This document shows positions 60,560 through 64,000 of a stretch of 64,000 nucleotides of DNA, in pieces; within the stretch, counting starts at the first letter, position 1, and every line of letters begins with the position of its first letter. Below the pieces are notes generated by a model. That model was given only the letters and a program-made list of their open reading frames with translations. It was not told the origin of the DNA and searched no databases. Location of the stretch: assembly GCF_004010195.1 (NCBI RefSeq), contig NC_057754.1, positions 8,584,214-8,648,213 on the forward strand, read 5' to 3'. The translations under genes were made by a program, and so were the position numbers. The DNA comes from Chiloscyllium plagiosum. Taxonomy: Eukaryota.

Positions 60560-63500
60560 ATGAGGAACCGGGGAGACTCGCCTGAGAAGTCCAGGAGGCC
60601 CTTCTCGACGTTGCGAGCAGATAATTGCATTTAGGAACATGAGATCTGGGCATCGGGACTGGGTGGGAAGGATGGTACGGTTCAGGAACCTGGGATGACA
60701 AGAGAAATTGTGAATTGTGTCAAAAAGCAAAAGGAGGCGTATGTAAGATTCAGAAAAACTGAAGATGGACTGAGCCCTTAAAAAAAAACGCAATGAAAGC
60801 AAGATAATAGGAAACAGGGAGTTAGGAGGACAAAAGGGAGCCATGAGGTGTCTTTGGCAAAGCGAATTATGGAAAATCCCAAGCTGTTTTATAAAATATA
60901 AGGAGAAAGAGTGTAGCCAGAGCAAAGAAGATAGTTTATGAGTGGAGTTGGATGAAGTGGGTGAAATCTTTAATGAATACTTTGTACTGGTATTCGAAAG
61001 ATGAAGGATGTGATGGGCAGTGAGTCGAGAGAGGGATGTATTGATATTCTAGAGCATTTCAATGGAAAAAGGTAGAGGATATGCTGGGAGTTTTGAAAAG
61101 CATTGGGATAGACAAGTCCCCAGGACACAAAGAGATCAATCCCAGAATATTGAGGGAATAAGATTGGCGGAGTAGCAGAAGTGAAGGGGACTGTCAGAGA
61201 ATACAGCAGAATATAGACAGATTGGAGAGTTGGGCACAAAAATGGCAGATGGAGTTCAATCCGAGCAGATGTGAGGTGATGCATTTTGGAAGATCCAATT
61301 CAAGAGCGAACTATACAGTAAATGGAAAAGTCCTGGGGAAAAGTCACTAAGGAAAGGGACCTTGTTATGAATGAGAACTTTGTGGAGCTGGGATACAGGC
61401 TTTAACAGATCAAGATTGATGAAGTTAATGTGCTGGAAAGTTTGGAAAACATTAAGATTGATAAGTCCCCAGGGCCAGACCAGATTTATCCTAGGCTGCT
61501 CCGGGAAGCGAGAAAGGAGATTGCTACGCCACTGGCCAAGATCTTTTCCTCCTCACTCTCCATGGGAGTTGTACCGGAGGATTGGAAGGAGGTGAATGTT
61601 GTTCCTCTTTTCAAGAGGGTAATAGGGAAATTCCTGGCAATTACAGACTAGTCAGATTTACGTCTGTGGTCAGCAAAGTTTTGGAAAGAATTCTGAGGGA
61701 TAGGATTTATGACTATTTAGCAAAGCATAACGTGATTAAAGGCAGTCAGCATGGCTTTGTGAGGGGTAGGTCATGCCTCACAAATCTTACTGAGTTCTTT
61801 GAGGAGGTGATGAGACAGGTCGATGAAGGTCGAGCAGTGGATGTGGTGTATATGGACTTCAACAAGGCATTTGATAGGGTTCCCCATGGTAGGCACATTC
61901 ATATAGTCAGGAAGTATGGGATACAGGGAGAGTTGGCTATCTGGATTCAGAATTGGCTGGCTGACAGAAAGCAGAGAATGGTTGTAGACGGAAAATATTC
62001 TGCCTGGAGGTCAGTGTTGAGTGCGGTTCCGCAGGGCTCTGTTCTTGGCCTCGGCTCTTTGGAGTTTTTATAAATGACTTGGATGAGGAGGTTGAGGGGT
62101 GAGTTAGTAAATTTGCAGATGGAGGTGCTGTTGATAGTATCGAGGGCTATTGTAGCCTGCAGCACTACATAGACAGGATGCAGAACTGGGCTGAGAAATG
62201 GCAGATAGAGTTCAACCTGGATAAATGCAAAATGATGCATTTTGGAAGGTCAAACTCGAATGCTGAATATAGGATTAAAGACAGGATTCTTGGCAGTGTG
62301 GAGGAATAGAGGGATCTTAATGTTCAAATACATAAATCCCTCAAAGTAGCGACCCAAGTGCATTGGGTTGTTAAGAAAGCATATGGTGTTTTAGCTTTCA
62401 TTAATAGGGGGAATTGAGTTTAAGATCCACAAGGCTTTGCTACAGCTCTACAAGTCCCTGGTCAGACCACACTTGTGTCCAGTTCTGGTCGCCCTATTAT
62501 AGGAAAGATACCGAGGCTTTGGAGAGGGTGCAAAGAAGGTTTATTAGGATGCTGCCTGGGCTGGAGGGCTTGCCTTATAAAGAGAGGTTGACTAAGCTCG
62601 GACTTTTCACTCTGTTGAGAAGGAGGAAGAGAAGTGACCTGATCGAGGTGTACAAGATAATGAGAGGAATGGATAGAATCAGTAGTCAGAGACTTTTCCC
62701 CAGGGAAGGATTGACTGGCACGAGGGATCATAGTTTTAAGATATTAGGAGAAAGTTATAGAGGGGACATCAGAGGTAAGTTCTTTATGCAGAGAGCTGTG
62801 AATGGATGGAATGCATTGCCAGTGGTGGTGGTGGTGGTGGAAGCAGAGTCATTAGGGACATTTAAGCGACTGCTGGACATGCACATGGATAGCAGAGAGT
62901 TGAGGGATGTGTAGGTTAAGTTTTGTTTTACATTAGGATTAATCCTTGGTACAACATTGTGGGCCAAAGGGCCTGTTCTGTGCTGTACATTTCTATGTTC
63001 TATGTTCTAAAATTGATGTACAGAGAGATCAGGGTGTTCAGGTCCATTGTTCCCTGAAGGTGGCAACGCAGGTCAGTAGAGTGGTCAAGAAGGCACTTGG
63101 CATGCTTTTCTTCATTGGACAGGGTATTGAGTACAAGAGTTGGCAGGTCATGTTACAGTTGCATAAGACTTTGCTTCAGCCACATATGTAATACTGCGTA
63201 CAGTTCTGGTCGCCACATTACCAAAAGGATGTGGATGCTTTGGAGAGGGTGTAAAGGAGGTTAACCAGGATGTTGCCTGGTATGGAGGGTGCAAGCAATG
63301 AACAGAGATTGAGGGGAGTAGGATTATTTTCATTAGCAAGATGAAGGTTGAGAGGGAATCTGATTGAGGTCTACAAAATCATCAGAAGTATAGACAGGAT
63401 GGATAGCAAGAAGCTTTTTTCACAGAGTGGGGGACTCATTTATTAGGGGGTCACAAGTTCAAAGTGAGAGGGGAAAAGATTAGGAGAGATATGTGTGCCA

Positions 63501-64000
63501 AGTTCTTTATGCAGAGGGTGATGTGTACCTGGAACGCGTTGCCAGTGGAAGTGGTAGAGGCGGGCATGATACAATCATTTAAGTTGCATCTAGAAAGATA
63601 CATGAATGGTCAGGGAGCAGAGGGATGCAGACCCTTAGAAAATAGACAACAGGTTTAGATAGAGGATATGGATTGGCACAGGCTTGGAGGGCCGAAGGGG
63701 TGTTCTTGTGCTGTAATTTTCTTTGTTCGTTGTTCTTGAAGTGAGATAGTAAAATTGCTGGGACCTTGTACAAAACCTTTGCGTGCTCTTTAGTCACAGG
63801 AGAGCTTCCAGAAGACTGGAAAATAACTTGTTGTTCCTTTGTTTAAGAAAGGCAACAGGGAAAATCCAGGAAAGTACAGGGCGGTGAATAGGGAAATTGT
63901 TGGAGAAGATTCTTAGAGATAGGATTTCCTCACCTTTAGAAAAGTAATGGCTTACTCATGACAGACTGGTGGCTCTGTATGGAGGATGTCAACTCTTGCA
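60560..64000 (+). mobile_element. Cluster of head-to-tail CR1-type LINE fragments (longest ~61345-63008; others ~60560-61340, ~63010-63735, ~63740-end)
   Basis: KSPGPDQIYPRLL, NYRLVRFTSVVSKVLE, VYMDFNKAFDRVPH, VPQGSVLG, RSDLIEVYKIM; frameshifted; (gttctat)n tails. Confidence 0.92.

Noticed and set aside
61345..63008. Possible active LINE ORF2
   Set aside because: Multiple frameshifts and stops, and 5' truncated.

Overview
This is vertebrate, repeat-dense genomic DNA, and its repeat set (HE1-type SINEs, CR1/HER1-type LINEs, a ~69-bp satellite) points to a shark or other chondrichthyan. The only host genes I can support are two tandem, intact, two-exon class A GPCR genes of the GPR139/GPR142-like type: copy 1 = 15432..15501+16923..17821 and copy 2 = 36797..36866+38070..38968. 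Both are 322 aa and differ at 15 residues. They sit in a segmental tandem duplication (~15.1-30.4 kb vs ~36.5-45.7 kb). The rest is nested mobile DNA: Gmr1-type Gypsy elements (integrase before RT) with many solo LTRs, a decayed class I ERV with a tRNA-Ser(CGA)-type PBS, Penelope-like (GIY-YIG) elements, CR1 and L2 LINE fragments, SINEs, a Tc1/mariner MITE and minisatellites. Three observations stand out. (1) Three or four families of Penelope-derived elements carry hammerhead-ribozyme cores with stem II covariation. (2) A ~5-kb inversion has a 750-bp inverted duplication and a split 14-bp target-site duplication, with Penelope tails at the breakpoints. (3) The receptor pair looks homogenised except for amino-acid changes clustered at the extracellular ends of TM2 and TM5. 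All comparisons and counts were made by eye; no searches were run.
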